Assembly: GCF_018350175.1 (NCBI RefSeq)
Contig: NC_058369.1
Location: forward strand, 17,858,001-17,922,000
DNA length: 64,000 bases
Source: Felis catus
Taxonomy: Eukaryota
Reading direction: 5' to 3'
The notes beneath the pieces are model-generated. The model saw only the letters and a list, made by a program, of their open reading frames with translations. It was not told the DNA's origin and ran no database searches. The translations under genes and the position numbers were made by a program. The first letter of the stretch is position 1, and every line of letters begins with the position of its first letter. This document shows, piece after piece, positions 12,101-24,075 of this stretch.

Positions 12101-14965
12101 TTGCTGACCTGCATCCTCAGGAGGGACAATAGGCAGTTGTAAGCCCAGGGGTGACGCAGGACTTCAGGAGCCTCACCTTGAAAGCCAGATGCTCCAGAAA
12201 GTAACCTGCCCCGTTGTTCTTCTCAGTCTCGTAACGGCTGCCAACATCAATCCATACCCCGACCTGGATGAGAAGCCACCAACAAAGGTAACACACAAAC
12301 CACCCCAGACTCCACTCACACCCTACTCTGGGTGACTCAGCAGAAGCCCCAGGACAGGGCTCATGGTCCCAGAGTGGGGGAGAGCTGTCTCAGTAGGCCC
12401 CCTGTGCTTGGAGATACAGCTATGCCCTGGGCACAGGCACTGGCTGAAAAAGGACCTACTCCAAGGAAGTTTCTAACTGTGCACATTCACTTGGCTCCAT
12501 TACCAATATGAACTTTTTATATTCTGTCTTGATTTTCAGTTGATTTTTTCATTTTTTCTTTTTTTTTTTTTTTCAACATTTATTTATTTTGGGGACAGAG
12601 AGAGACAGAGCATGAACGGGGGAGGGGCAGAGGGAGAGGGAGACACAGAATCGGAAACAGGCTCCAGGCTCTGAGCCATCAGCCCAGAGCCTGACGCGGG
12701 GCTCGAACTCATGGACCGCGAGATCGTGACCTGGCTGAAGTCAGACGCTTAACCGACTACGCCACCCAGGCGCCCCAGATTTTTTCATTTTTTCTAGGCA
12801 AGCAACACATTATTTGCAAACAACAATTTATTTTCTCTTTTCTAAAAATTATACCCTACCTTTGTTCTGGCGATTCTATCATTTCCCCATTAAGGAAGGA
12901 GGCTGTTGGTTTAGACGCTGAATGTTTTATCCTATTAAGCAAGTAGACTTCGCTCACAATTATTAAAAAAAAGTTTTAATCAGACCTGGATACCTAACAT
13001 TGCACAGTGTCTCCTTGGCACCCAATGAGAGAATCCCATAATTAAGAAAAAAATTTTTTTTGTTAATGTTTATTTATTTTTGAGAGAAAGAGAGACAGGG
13101 TGTGAGCGGGGGAGGAGCTGAGAGAGGGAGACACAGAATCCAAAGCAGGCTCCAGGCTCTGCGCTGTCAGCACAGAGTCTGACACAGGGCTCAAATTCGC
13201 GAACCTCAAGATCATCACCGAGCAGAAGTTGGACGCTTAACCGACTGAGCCACCCAGGGGCCCCTTGCATGATTTTCTTAATAGTCTCCTGGTGTGCTAT
13301 GAAACATACGCCACACCATGCACCTCACATAGGTCACATAGTTCTAGTCTTTTAATTTTCCTTCATAGTTGATTAAAAAATTTCACGTTTACTTTCCTAA
13401 GAGATGCTGATACACATATGTTGTAAATTCTTACACTGACATCTATTTCATAACTAACATCTTAGGAAGTAGAGTTCGCCTAACAACCTGTATCTTTGGA
13501 TTATAACTGACAGCGATCTTTCTCTGACATTTGGAGCACAGTGGTGCCCCTTACAATCTAGAGCATCTCAGAGTCCATGAAATACAGCATTCTCTCCCAA
13601 ACTTTTTTTTTTTTTAAGTTTATTTACTTATTTTGAGAGAGGAAGAGAGTGTGAACAGAGGAGGGACAGAGAGAGAGAATCCCAAACAGATTCTGCGTGG
13701 TCACTGCAGGGCCCAATGGCAGGACTTGAATGCACAAACCTTGAGATCCTGACCTGAGCCAAAAACCAAGAGTCAGACGCTTAACCAACTGAGCCATCCA
13801 GGTGCCCCATCTCCCAAACTGTCTTAACAGATCAGTTCATAGAAGTGTCATATAAGGAAGCTGCCCATGATCTTTTACTGTATTTAGTAACAACTTATAA
13901 CAAAAGACATTATCTGTTCCTGAAAAACTAAAAGAATTTACCAATAAAACCACTTAACCCTGGAGTGTGGGGTCCAGAGGATTACATCTTGAGAATCTTC
14001 TCACCTATTGATATACTGTATCTAGCCAAGATTTCTCTCCTTAAGTCAATTTTGAAAATTTGTATTTTTTGGAAAGTCATCCATTTCTTTGGAATCTTCA
14101 AATGCATTCCTTTCGCAAGTGCGTGAGTGGTCTAGCCAGGAGATCATGACTTTGGGCCATGAGGTTAGCAGTCACCTTAGGTCTCTGAAACCCATTTTCC
14201 TCACTGTAAAATGAAAACAGGATCACTTCTCTCGTATGCGCTGCTTAAGGAAAGGAAAACGCTGGAAAGGAACTTGGCCTCCTGCTTGGCAGGCATCATA
14301 TGCTAAATGAGTGTTATAGTAAGGAATGGCCCAAGAAGTCAAGCCTAGCTGGGGTCGGGATTAAGGTAGCAGAATCAATCCAGCGGCGGAGAGAAGTCTG
14401 ACCCAAACCACAGAGGACTCGAGCCCAAGGTCACACCCTGTCCTGAGAAAAGACTCCAGGAGCAGTATGGAGGTGACCTCCCAAGAGGGAGCCCCGCTCA
14501 CCGTGCAGGTAGGCTGGGAGGACTGCTCGGAGGCCACTCTCAGCCCGTTGTCCAGCAAGCTGACCTGTGTCTCCGGCACGCTCTGGAGAGCTTGAGCGAA
14601 GGTGGCGGTGGTCCTCAAGGCAGGCGACCTCAGCAGGGCCGGCTGCTGGAAAGGGACAACCGAGACTTAGGGCTGGGTTGCGGGATCGCTCCTCGGCTCC
14701 CAGGCCAGCAGTGGGAACCCCGTCCCCAGACCTCCGGTCAGCCGCGAGACTCCTATCCCCGCTCAGCGCCGTGACCTTCCCATGGCCCTGACCCCGGAAC
14801 CTCCCCAATCTCGACCCGTCGCCGCTAACAGTCCACTCCCCGTTCGGGTTCCGAAGCCCCACGCTCCGCGGCCTTGCGCTCTCGCTGTCGCCTCACCGAG
14901 CGGTGGGTGCGAAGCAGCACTCGAGTCCCGGCGCTAGCCGCCCGGCAAACTGCGGAAGCCGCCAT
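6147..14965 (-). CDS. UQCRC1: Cytochrome b-c1 complex subunit 1 (core protein I), complete, 480 aa
   Basis: 13 GT-AG exons: 14965-14897, 14642-14502, 12263-12177, 11074-10945, 10725-10527, 9989-9910, 8491-8376, 8136-7993, 7861-7701, 7590-7505, 7170-7082, 6729-6654, 6211-6147. Sum 1443 nt = 480 aa + TAG. Mitochondrial presequence [13 protein letters not shown], degenerate M16 motif YFLEH, C-terminus [13 protein letters not shown]. Confidence 0.98.
11465..11528. repeat. Short minisatellite, about 5 copies of (C)CTCTGTGGGAC, UQCRC1 intron 3
   Basis: Five ctgtgggac cores in 64 bp, read directly. Confidence 0.85.
12560..12776 (-). mobile_element. Felid Can-SINE (SINEC_Fc-like) with 18-bp target-site duplication
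   Basis: Reverse complement of GGGGCGCCTGGGTGGCGTAGTCGGTTAAG...(CT)-rich...AATAAATAAA-polyA; flanked by GATTTTTTCATTTTTTCT at 12542-12559 and 12778-12795. Confidence 0.95.
13054..13264 (-). mobile_element. Can-SINE
   Basis: tRNA-derived head (ccgactgagccacccagggg cccc on plus), GA-rich segment and poly-T on plus. Confidence 0.92.
13603..13808 (-). mobile_element. Can-SINE with TSD TCTCCCAAACT
   Basis: Head ccaactgagccatccaggtgcccc on plus, poly-T tail, duplicated flank. Confidence 0.9.
14130..14310. mobile_element. MIR fragment
   Basis: MIR core-like tctctgaaacccattttcctcactgtaaaatg...aggat. Confidence 0.55.
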
Positions 14966-15360
14966 CTTCGAGCTCCAGTCAGCGCCAGGTCGCGCCACGC
15001 TTGCGTAGAGTGGACGCAGCGGCGTCCGAGGCGCAGGCGCACTACCGCAAATATGGCGCTCGGCCGCCTCCTAGCGGAGACCATGGATATTCACATGCGG
15101 CTAGTCGGTGGCTCTGTCCCGGTGTCCACCGGTACCTGCGCACATCAACCCACCTGGCCTGCGCGGGTCCGTTCGCAGTCCAGTTCCTCTTCCCCTTTCA
15201 CCCGTGGGAGGCAGAATGCGCGATATTTCTCACGAACTGCGGGCGTCCCGAATCCACTGTGTACTCGGGAGTTGCAGCGCTGTGTAGGGCTGCAGCCGCC
15301 GCGTGTCTGAGAATGGGAGCCCCCGCCCCGGGGTAAAGCACCAGCGAGGGCTCCTGGGAC
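14425..15360 (-). promoter_or_regulatory. UQCRC1 CpG-island promoter with OXPHOS-type motifs
   Basis: YY1-type AAGATGGCGGC overlapping the start codon (14958-14968), NRF1-like GCGCAGGCGCA (15031-15041), second YY1-like AAATATGGCG (15049-15058), ERR-type CCAAGGTCA in intron 2 (14425-14433). Confidence 0.7.
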
Positions 15361-15451
15361 TATGAGGTAGCTTCTGATTGCGGTTTTCTCTTTAAAGGGT
15401 GAAGCAGATTCAGATGCCTGATATCGAAGGAAGTTAACAAGATGTTGCTAA

Positions 15452-15615
15452 GGGGCGCATGGGTGGTGGCTCAGTCGGTTCGCCGTCCGACTTTGGCTCA
15501 GGTCATGACCTCCTGGTTCACGAATTCGAGCCCCGTGTCGGGCTCTATGCTGACAGCTCAGAGCCTGGAGCGTGAATTCTGTGTCTCCCCCTTCCTCTGC
15601 CCCTCCCCGGCTCTT

Positions 15616-15653
<38 letters not shown>

Positions 15654-15680
15654 AAAAATAAATAAAAAACATTTTAAAAA
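15452..15680 (+). mobile_element. Can-SINE with (CT)n microsatellite
   Basis: ggggcgcatgggtggtggctcagtcggtt head, (CT)n at ~15617-15650, aaaataaataaaaa tail. Confidence 0.93.
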
Positions 15681-16149
15681 TCCCTTCTCTCTAAAAAACA
15701 AAACAAAAACCCAATATATTGCTAAGAAAAAGGAACAGTATAGAGACCAATTTGTGAAATAGGATTCCTTGTTTGAAAAAAAACACACACGAAGCGATGT
15801 GCCTTTTCTAGTAGACCTCATAGAAAAAATTCTGCAGGAACTCCCTCGAAACTTTCAGCCGAATGACTTCTGGAAAATGGATTGAGGGGAAGGAGAATAC
15901 ACTTATGTTATTTTAATGCAGAATTTTTAGTTTCTACAAAAAAAGTTACTTTTGAAAGAGCATAATTCTGAACTCTACATGATTGATACGTGCTTTATTG
16001 TTTTGTCTTTGCGATCTTTCAAAAAATGTCAAATGTAAATTATAACTGTCTTTTACAAAAAGCAGACAAAAGATGCTTCAGTGTGTGAAGCACTGATTTA
16101 GACGTGAAAAATAAAATGAAATAGAATCTTCTAATTAGTCCATCTTTCC

Positions 16150-16470
16150 ACTTTTTTAAAACTTTAGTTTTAAGTTTTATATTTACAGAAAAGTTGAGCA
16201 GATAGTTGAGAATTCCCATATATATCCCCCTTATACACATGTGCACAGTTTCCTATATTATTAACATCTGACATTATTAAGGTACATTGATTGTGATTAA
16301 TGAACCAATATCAGTACACTATTACTAACTAAAGTCTATAGTTTATTCAAATTACCTTAGTTTCTATCTCCCACCCCCGCCTCATTCTAGGATTCCATCC
16401 AGGATACCACATTACATTTAGTTACCACATCACCTTTAGTTACCACATCTCCTTAGGCTTCTCTTGCCTA
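16150..16470 (-). mobile_element. Old L1 (L1M-type) 3' end fragment
   Basis: atatttacagaaaagttg...aatgaaccaatatcagtacactattactaactaaagtctatagtttattca resembles L1MB/MC 3'UTR. Confidence 0.55.
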
Positions 16471-16499
16471 TGACAACCTCCTCCAGTGACCACCACATC

Positions 16500-17418
16500 C
16501 TATACCCTTCTGGCAGAGCTCCCCCAAAGAGTTCCCTGCATGCAATTCTTCTCCTCCCATTCTCTCCCAAATCCACTCCAGTCCAATGCCCACATCACTC
16601 CTCAAAAACCACATCTGTCATGGCAACCAGGGAGCCCTAGTGGCCTCCTTCAATGTAATTGGACACTTTTTCCTCATGAGACCCTCATCCTTTCTCCACC
16701 TTCAGGTTCCCGTACTCCACTGTTCTTGTCCTACCTCCCTGGACACTCCTCCCTGGACAATCCAAGAACCTTGGCTGGTTCTTCCTCACCTCCCAGTCTA
16801 ACAGAGTGAGAGCCCAGGGCTCAGTTCTGGCTACCTCTTCCCTTCCTGATCAAGACTGCTTTCTGGTCATCTCATCCAGTCTCATGGCTTCAGTTCTGTC
16901 TGTACATACAATGGCTCCTATATGCCCATAATTCACTATCTCCCCTGGAGAATTAAACATGGCTAACACTGAACTCTTCACTCTCCCTCCCAAACCTATT
17001 CCTCCTATAATTGCTTTCATCTCTGTAAAGGACACCTCCATTAACCCAGTTGCTCAGGTTAAAAATCTTGGAGCCACTGAGGTGCCTGGGTGACTCCGTT
17101 GGTTGAGCATCTATCTGATTTGGGCTCAGGTCATGATCCAAGGGTCATGGGATCAAGCCCTATATTGGGCTCCATGCTCAGCATGGAGCCTGCTTAAGAT
17201 TCTCTCTCTCCCAGAGGCGCCTGGGTGGCTCAGTTGGTTAAGCATCTGACTTCGGCTCAGGTCATGATCTCGTGGTTTGTGGGTTCAATCCCCGCATCAG
17301 GCTCTGTGCTGACAGCTCAGAGCCTGGAGCCTGTTTCAGATTCTGTGTCTCCCTCTCTCTCTCTGACCCTCCCCCGTTCATGCTCTGTCTCTCTCTGTCT
17401 CAAAAATAAATAAACGTT

Positions 17419-17456
<38 letters not shown>

Positions 17457-17960
17457 AAATAAATAAATAAAGATTCTCTCTCTCCCAGAGTACCTGGGTG
17501 GCTCAGTAGGTTAAGCGTCCAACTTTGGCTCAGGTCATGATCTTACAGTTCACGGATTTGAGCCCCAAGTCAGACTCTGTGCTGCCAGCTCAGAGCCTGG
17601 AGCCTGCTTCAGATTCTGTGTTTCCGTCTCTCTTTGCCCCTCCCCTACTTGCACTCTGCCTCTGTCGCTCAAAAATAAATAAATGTTAAAAAAAAAAAAA
17701 GATGCTCTTTCTCCTGCCCCTCTTCCCTGCTGTCTCTCTCTTAAAACAACAACAACAATAACAACAACAACAACCAGGAGCCACTGCACTGATAGCACAG
17801 AGCCTGCTTGAGATTCTCTCTCCTTTGTTCTCTATCAAAATAAGTAAATAAACTTTTAAAAAAATCTAGGAGCCATCTTGATTCCTCTCCCAAATTTCCC
17901 ACTTAATCCTTTAGTAAATTCTGTTCCAAATAATTTCTATATCCAGTCTTCTACATCCCC
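16500..17960 (+). mobile_element. L2 fragment interrupted by nested SINEs
   Basis: L2-like aaacatggctaacactgaactc...ccagttgctcaggttaaaaatcttggagcca, resuming at ~17860 as aaaaatctaggagccatcttgattcctc. Confidence 0.65.
17078..17860 (+). mobile_element. Nested cluster of about 4 Can-SINEs with (TAAA)n and (CAA)n tails
   Basis: Heads at ~17080, ~17215 and ~17490, plus a 5'-truncated copy at ~17785-17860. Identical 21-mer AAGATTCTCTCTCTCCCAGAG at 17196-17216 and 17470-17490. Confidence 0.9.
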
Positions 17961-18240
17961 GTCTCCCATCCCCACTGCTACCCTAGCGTGAGAAGGGAAA
18001 GGCAATGATACAACCAGGAAGTGTGATGTAGGAGTCTGGGGAAGGATGTGTTTCAAGATGTTGGTCAAAAAGGAAATGTTTACTGAAAAGTCAAGTACAA
18101 GCAGCAGCCATTGCAATAACTTGGCAAGAGTCTTTGATGATTCACTGTTCTTTGGAATTTACTCGGTATATGGAATGAGGTGAAGTCAAAATATCCTTTT
18201 TCTCCCTAAGTTGCAAACTGAACTTTCTAACAGCATTTCT

Positions 18241-18339
18241 ATTATTACTAAGTGATCTCTATGCCCAACGTGGGGCTTGAACTCATGACCCTGAGATCAA
18301 GAGTCGCATGCTTTACCAACTGAGCCAACCAGGTGCCCC
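18241..18339 (-). mobile_element. Short older Can-SINE
   Basis: ggggcttgaactcatgaccctgagatcaagagtcgcatgctttaccaactgagccaaccaggtgcccc; near-TSD tctaaca(g/a)catttct. Confidence 0.85.
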
Positions 18340-18845
18340 TCTAACAACATTTCTTGACCAGACCTTCTTTTTCTATCCATCTCTATCCATATCTCCTTTA
18401 TTACGCACCCCAGAAATTCTCAAACACATAACCAGGTCTTTGTGGGCTGCCTGAGAAGGCTCTGGCACTCAACTTACTCTTCTCACTCAATATTTGTTTG
18501 ATATACTCACCAGTTTATTCTGGACTTTTTCCTATTTAAAAAATTTTTTTCATATTAAAAAAATTTTTTTTAGATTTACATTGTCCTAACATATACATAA
18601 AATTTAGTATCTTAACTACTAAGTATACAACTCAGTGGCATTAATTACATCCAAAATGTTGTGCAATCGTCACCACTATTTCCAGAACTTTTTCAGCATC
18701 CTAAACAGAAAATAACTGACCATTTCCTTCTTCTTCCAGCCCCTGATAATCTCGATTCTGCTTTTTTTCTGTATAAACTTGCCTATTTTAAGTATCTCAT
18801 TGGTGGGATCATACAACATATGTTGTTAAAAACAAGAGATCCATG

Positions 18846-19070
18846 GGGTGCCTGGGTGGCGCAGTCGGTTAAGTGTCCGACTTCAGCCAGGTCACGATCT
18901 CGCGGTCGGTGAGTTCGAGCCCCGCATCGGGCTCTGGGCTGATGGCTCAGAGCCTGGAGCCTGTTCCTGAATCTGTGTCTCCCTCTCTCTCTGCCCCTCC
19001 CCCGTTCATGCTCTGTCTCTCTCTGTCCCAAAAATAAATAAACGTTGAAAAAAATTTATAAAAAAAAAAC
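18846..19070 (+). mobile_element. Felid Can-SINE (SINEC_Fc-like)
   Basis: ggggtgcctgggtggcgcagtcggttaagtgtccgacttcagccaggtcacgatctcgcggtc; TSD caagagatcca. Confidence 0.95.
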
Positions 19071-19477
19071 CAAGAGATCCAAAATAGTCATTTATGCTAA
19101 GCCCCATTCCACCAGACCAAACTTTTTGGATATGCCTTTCATCAGATATGAGGGGAAGGGGGTGGCCATTATTCAAAAATTTTTTTCTGCCCCTTTCTCT
19201 CTTTCTACTCTGCCTGAAACTTCCGCAATGCATATATTTTTCTGCTTGATAGTGTCCTACAGGTTCCTCAAGAGCTGCACATTTTTTCTTCATCCTTTTT
19301 CTTTCCGATTCTCAGACTGGATAATTTCAGTCATCTTACTTTTAAGCTCACTGACCCTTTCTTCTGTCTGCTCCAATCTGTTGCTGAACCCTTCTCGTGA
19401 GTTTTCCATTTCGGGTATTCTAGTCTTCAGCTCCAGAATTTTTAGATCCACTTACAATTTTGTGGGTTTTTTTCCTG

Positions 19478-19700
19478 TTTAATTTTTTTAATGTTTATTT
19501 ATTTTTGAAGGAGAGAGAGAGAGAGACAGAGCATGAGCAGGGGAGGGGCAGAGAGAGAGAGGGAGCCACAGAATCCTAAGCAGCCTCCAGGCTCTGAGCT
19601 GTCAGCACAGAACCCGACATGGGGCTCAAACTCACGAGCCATGAGATCATGACCTGAGCTGAAGTTGGACACCCAACCAACTGAGCCACCCAGGTGCCCC
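19478..19700 (-). mobile_element. Can-SINE
   Basis: Poly-T/tttatttatt, GA-rich segment, head ctgagccacccaggtgcccc on plus. Confidence 0.92.
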
Positions 19701-20460
19701 TTAAAATTTTCGTTTCTACTGATATTCTAATTTTAGGCAGACATTATTTTTCTGGTTTTCTTTAGCTATTTGTCTATAGTGTCCTTTCACTAATAATTCC
19801 ATTGCCTGGGCGTACTTAGGGATGTTTCCTGTCAGGTTCCTTTTTTTCTCTGCAAATAGGCCTCACTTTCCCATTTCTTAGCATATTTTGTAATGTTTGT
19901 CGAGAACTGGACGTTCTGAGTGTTACATATGATAATTCTGGAGATCGAATTCTCTCTTTAGGGATTGCTGATTTCAGCTTGTTGAGGAGTGGAGCCATCA
20001 TGACCTTTCCATACTACTTTTACGAAGTGTATATTCCTTGTTGTGTGTAGTGATTGAAGTTTCGAATTTATTATTTCTGCAATCAGCCAGTGACCTGACA
20101 AAGATTTCCTTAAACATCTTGCTCCCAAAGGAAAGGTGGGGATGGGGGTGGGGGGTGAGGTCTACTTAAATTCCCTGCAGCTGGGAAGCTGCTTCAGCCT
20201 GTGGGGGTTGAAACAGGGAAATTCATTGAATTGAATTCTTCATCAGGTTCTCCCTTGGATGCTGCAAGTGTTCAACTAGACTTCTGAGTTCCAAAAATAG
20301 CTGCTGCAGTTTCTGCTAGCTTGATAGTTATTTTGGTGGAGAAAAGGATTCCCGGAGAGTCCTACTCTGCCATCTTTTGTGATGTCACACCCTGTTCTAA
20401 ATGATTTGTAAAAAGAATATTCCATCTAAAAGAAAAGCCTAATTTGATTAGAATTATATA

Positions 20461-20680
20461 GGGGTGCCTGGGTGGCTCAGTCGGTTGAGAATCCGACTTT
20501 GGCTCAGGTCATGATCTCGCATTTGTGGGTTCGAGCCCCGCATGGGGCTCTGTGCTGATAGCTCAGAGCCTGGAGCCCACTTTAGATTCTATGTCTCCCT
20601 CTTTCTCTGCCACTCTCCTGCTCTCACTGTGTCTCTTTCTATCTCTCAAAAAATAAAACATTAAAAAAAATTATTACAAA
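20461..20680 (+). mobile_element. Can-SINE
   Basis: ggggtgcctgggtggctcagtcggttgag head; TSD agaattatat. Confidence 0.92.
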
Positions 20681-20689
20681 AAAAGAATT

Positions 20690-21750
20690 ATATCAACTCC
20701 AATAATTTGGGGGAAAGTGTTTTTTTGGACAGTTGGCTGAGAATTTCCAGGATCAGGGCCTGGTTCTGTTTTGACCATTTTTCTCTCAATCTTTCTCCCT
20801 CCTCTTGCATTTTACCATAAATAGCAAAAAGAGCAGAGGCTGAATTTTCAACAGTTTCCTTGGAAATCTCCTCTACTGAATGTCCACTTTCATCATTCAC
20901 AAGTTCTGCCTTTCACCAAACTGCTGGACACAACTCCACTAAGCTTTCCTCCCGGAAAGGAGAAAAGGAGGAAAGGAAACCTCCTGGTTTCCAATAACAT
21001 GTTCCTCATTTCCTTCTGAACCCTCGCTGGCAACATTCTCAAAGTCAAGATTTCTGCTAATGGTTTAAGGCTGTCTTGGCTTTTTCCATTATGCTCCTTG
21101 ACATTCTTCCACCTTTTGTTCACTGCTCAATTCCAAAGCCATTTCCATGTTTCTGGACTTTGTTACACTAGTACCTTGCTCTCGATATCAACATCTGTAT
21201 TAGTTTTCTATTGCCAGCATGACAAATTACCTCAGACTCAATGGCTCAGAACACAAATTTATTATTATCTCACCATTCTATAGGCTCAAAGTCCAACATG
21301 TATCTCATTTGGCTGAAATTAAGGCATCAGCAGGGCTATGTTCATTTCTGGAGGTTCCAGAAGAGAATTTGTGTCCTTGATCATTTGGGTTGTTGGTAGA
21401 ATTTAGATCCTAGTGGTTGTAGGTCTGAGGTTCCTGTTTTCTTGCTGGCTGTCACCAGAGTTATCTCCAGCTTCCAGAGCTCGCCTGAATTCCTTGGATT
21501 TGGGGATGGTGGGAGAGCCCTTCCCCCATCTTCAAAACCAGAAACAGAGGATCAAGTACCTCTCACAATTTAAATCTAACCAACTCTCCTGCCCTCTTCA
21601 TCACTTTTAAGGGCTCATGTGATTCCATTGGGCCTAGCAAAATAATCCAGAAAGATCTTTAATTCCATCTGCCAAGTTCTTTTTGCCAGGTACTATAACA
21701 TATCCACAGATTCCATGGGCATCTTGAAGGGCCACTATTCTGCCCACCAT
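20690..21750 (-). mobile_element. MaLR (MLT1-like) LTR with adjacent internal-sequence fragment
   Basis: tgtattagttttctattgc...acaaattacc...aacacaaatttattattatctcac...ttct and terminal ccactattctgcccacca are typical of MLT LTRs; the upstream segment resembles MLT-int. Confidence 0.65.
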
Positions 21751-22434
21751 ATCCTCACCAGGAGGTACCAAACCCTGTCCCTCCCCAGCCTGCCACTTCC
21801 TCCTCTCCAGGGCTCCTTCTTTCCACTGAAATTCTGACCATCTTATAGTTCCTGGACCAGGCCAAGGTCCACCCCCACACCCTCCACAAGGACCTGTCAT
21901 TCTGACTGGAGCACTGTCCCCTACTTTAGTCACCTCACTTTTCAAGTGTCAGCAGTCAGCCCACCTTTGCTCCATGCCCCCACCCGCCTGCCGCCCACTG
22001 CCCTGACTAGGCCAGCACATCTCTCTGCAGAGTCATGGCTTTTATTGAGTTGGTTTCACCACCACCACCACCACCCTCCCATTTGAGTAAGAGAGGAGCC
22101 GGTTCTGTTCTGTACATCAATGGATCCTCGTATCCACAATAGACTAGCAAATGGTAGGTGCTTACTGAACCTTGTAGAATGTAGAAGTGGGCCTAACAAG
22201 AGGCTGATGAATCTCAAGCTTCAATGCCCTTCTCTTCCAGACCTTGGGAGGAGCCCCAGGAGTGTGTCCATAGAGGCAAGTCTTTTTTAAACTCACGAAA
22301 TGAAGATATTCTAACTGCATGTAGTTAGAACCTCTGTCCTTTTCTAGTCAATCCCTCCATCCTACCTCACCTCTTACGGGGATACTGGAGAAGTTATAAC
22401 ATTTGGGGGGTTCAGCCAAGAGGAAGGTGGGTTG

Positions 22435-22740
22435 GGGATTGTCCCAGGTTGGGTTCTCTAGGAAGCAGACTCCCCAGAGGGAGATTAGGACATTTACCAG
22501 GGAGTCGATATCAGCATCTGAGGGAGAGAGGGAAAGGGTTGTGCCAAGGGCAAAAACTAGCTGTGACGAGGCCGCCTGCAGCTGAGACCCTTCTTGATGA
22601 CTGGCAGCAGCGGGCTTCTGAAAGGGGACCACCTCCAAGTTTACCAAGGGGACACACTTGGCCAGGGTTTAGAGGGACCTAATGTGGTTGCTCCACTCGG
22701 GTGTGCATTCACCTTGTCATTTCTGTCCTGGTACATGAGG
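22435..22740. mobile_element. Probable ERVL-class LTR fragment
   Basis: tgtcccaggttgggttctctaggaagcagact...gagatt start resembles LTR16/MLT2-type elements; family uncertain. Confidence 0.4.
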
Positions 22741-23253
22741 CCTCCAGGAACCTCCTGCCAGGTCAGACAGAGCTCTGGTCAGGACAGAAATGCAGGATCC
22801 TATTGCATTTAGCACCTGCCCCAGAGTGCCCGGTGCTAGAAAAATTGTGAGCCATGGAGAGAAAACAAGTTTTGAAATGTATGTGGAGCCAGAGCCTACC
22901 TTTGGGAAATTCTTCCAAAATATAGAGCTTCTGTATGAAAGCAAGTTGATGGCAGTTTTCCAAATTTGAAAAACATCCAGACAATTTATGTGACATCATA
23001 ATAGTTTAGGAGAGGGATTTTCTAAACTATCAATAATTAAAACACAAATTTCAACAATCAACCATGTTAGAAGGAAGACTGAATTCATCTATTTTCTGTG
23101 TATAGAGGATATGTCCCCTCTGTACTACAAAATCTTCATCCTATATAGTGGTTATCAGAGTCAGCAGCCAGAAAGTATAGGAGTACAAGTATTAATGTGT
23201 TAGGAAGTCGCCACAAACACATTATTGGTCTGGATTTTGCATTGCAGCATCAC

Positions 23254-23389
23254 TTTTTTTTTTTTTCTTGAGTAGGCTTCATGCCCATTGTGGAGCCCAA
23301 AGTGGGGCTTGAACTCACAACCCTGAGATCAAGACCTGAGTTGAGATCAAGAGTCGGACGCTTAACAGAATAAGCCACCCAGGAGCCCC
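23254..23389 (-). mobile_element. Short Can-SINE
   Basis: Poly-T followed by ggggcttgaactcacaaccctgagatcaagacctgag...cttaacagaataagccacccaggagcccc. Confidence 0.88.
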
Positions 23390-24075
23390 TGTAGTGTCAG
23401 CTTTTTAACATTTATAATCTCTCACCATTTTTTCATTTTAATGCACTTATTTCTATTTTTGAATTCATAATTTTATATTCTTTTTCTAAAACAGATAAAC
23501 ATGCATAGGCCTCAGTACCCACTCAACCTGGATTGTCCTCAGTAGAAGGAAGAGAAGGGGTGAAGTTCAGCCCTCACTCCACTTTCAGGGGCCTTAGAGC
23601 AAGGACCACTCGGGTGCCAGAGCACGGTTGAGGCCGCCATAAAGATGAAGGTGGCCGAGGCTCACCCTCCACCTCCTGACCCCCCTCATCCCCAACTGGG
23701 TGCCCTCACTGACTCAGTCAGGTTGTTACCTCCTCTGGGCAGCCCTCCATGGATCAGCCAAGTCTTCCCTGATGTTCAAGTCTTGTCCCACCACACCAGG
23801 GCCCCTAAGGAGCCCTGGAGAAGGAGATGTATTTATGAGTGAGACCTTAAGGAAGAGGGGGCTGTCAGTGGGGGCAATGGAGGAGTGTGAGTCAGCCCCA
23901 CATGCCCACCCATCCTGGGCACAGAGGCCTCAGGTCTGCCGACTGCAAAAATAAAAAGGAGACACAGGGTCCAGGCGAGCTTGGAGACGACACACACACA
24001 GGCCTGAGCCTGGCCCAGGGCCTCAGGCCACCCCCACCCCGACTGGCCACCAGGCAAAGAGAGACATATGTTGGG

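Larger units (their letters stand above)
18540..20400 (-). mobile_element. Degenerate L1 remnants (3'UTR-like and ORF1-like segments) interrupted by SINEs
   Basis: Minus-strand translation near 19100-19290 (MKKKCAALEEPVGHYQAEKYMHCGSFRQSRKRERGRKKF) resembles frameshifted L1 ORF1; 18560-18820 resembles an L1M 3' end. Confidence 0.6.

Noticed and set aside
19006..19482. ORFs of 95-145 aa in the repeat-rich interval
   Set aside because: Derived from a decayed L1 ORF1 region and SINE tails; not genes.
22820..23540. AT-rich segment resembling an old hAT-type DNA transposon
   Set aside because: No terminal inverted repeats identified; too degenerate to call without RepeatMasker.
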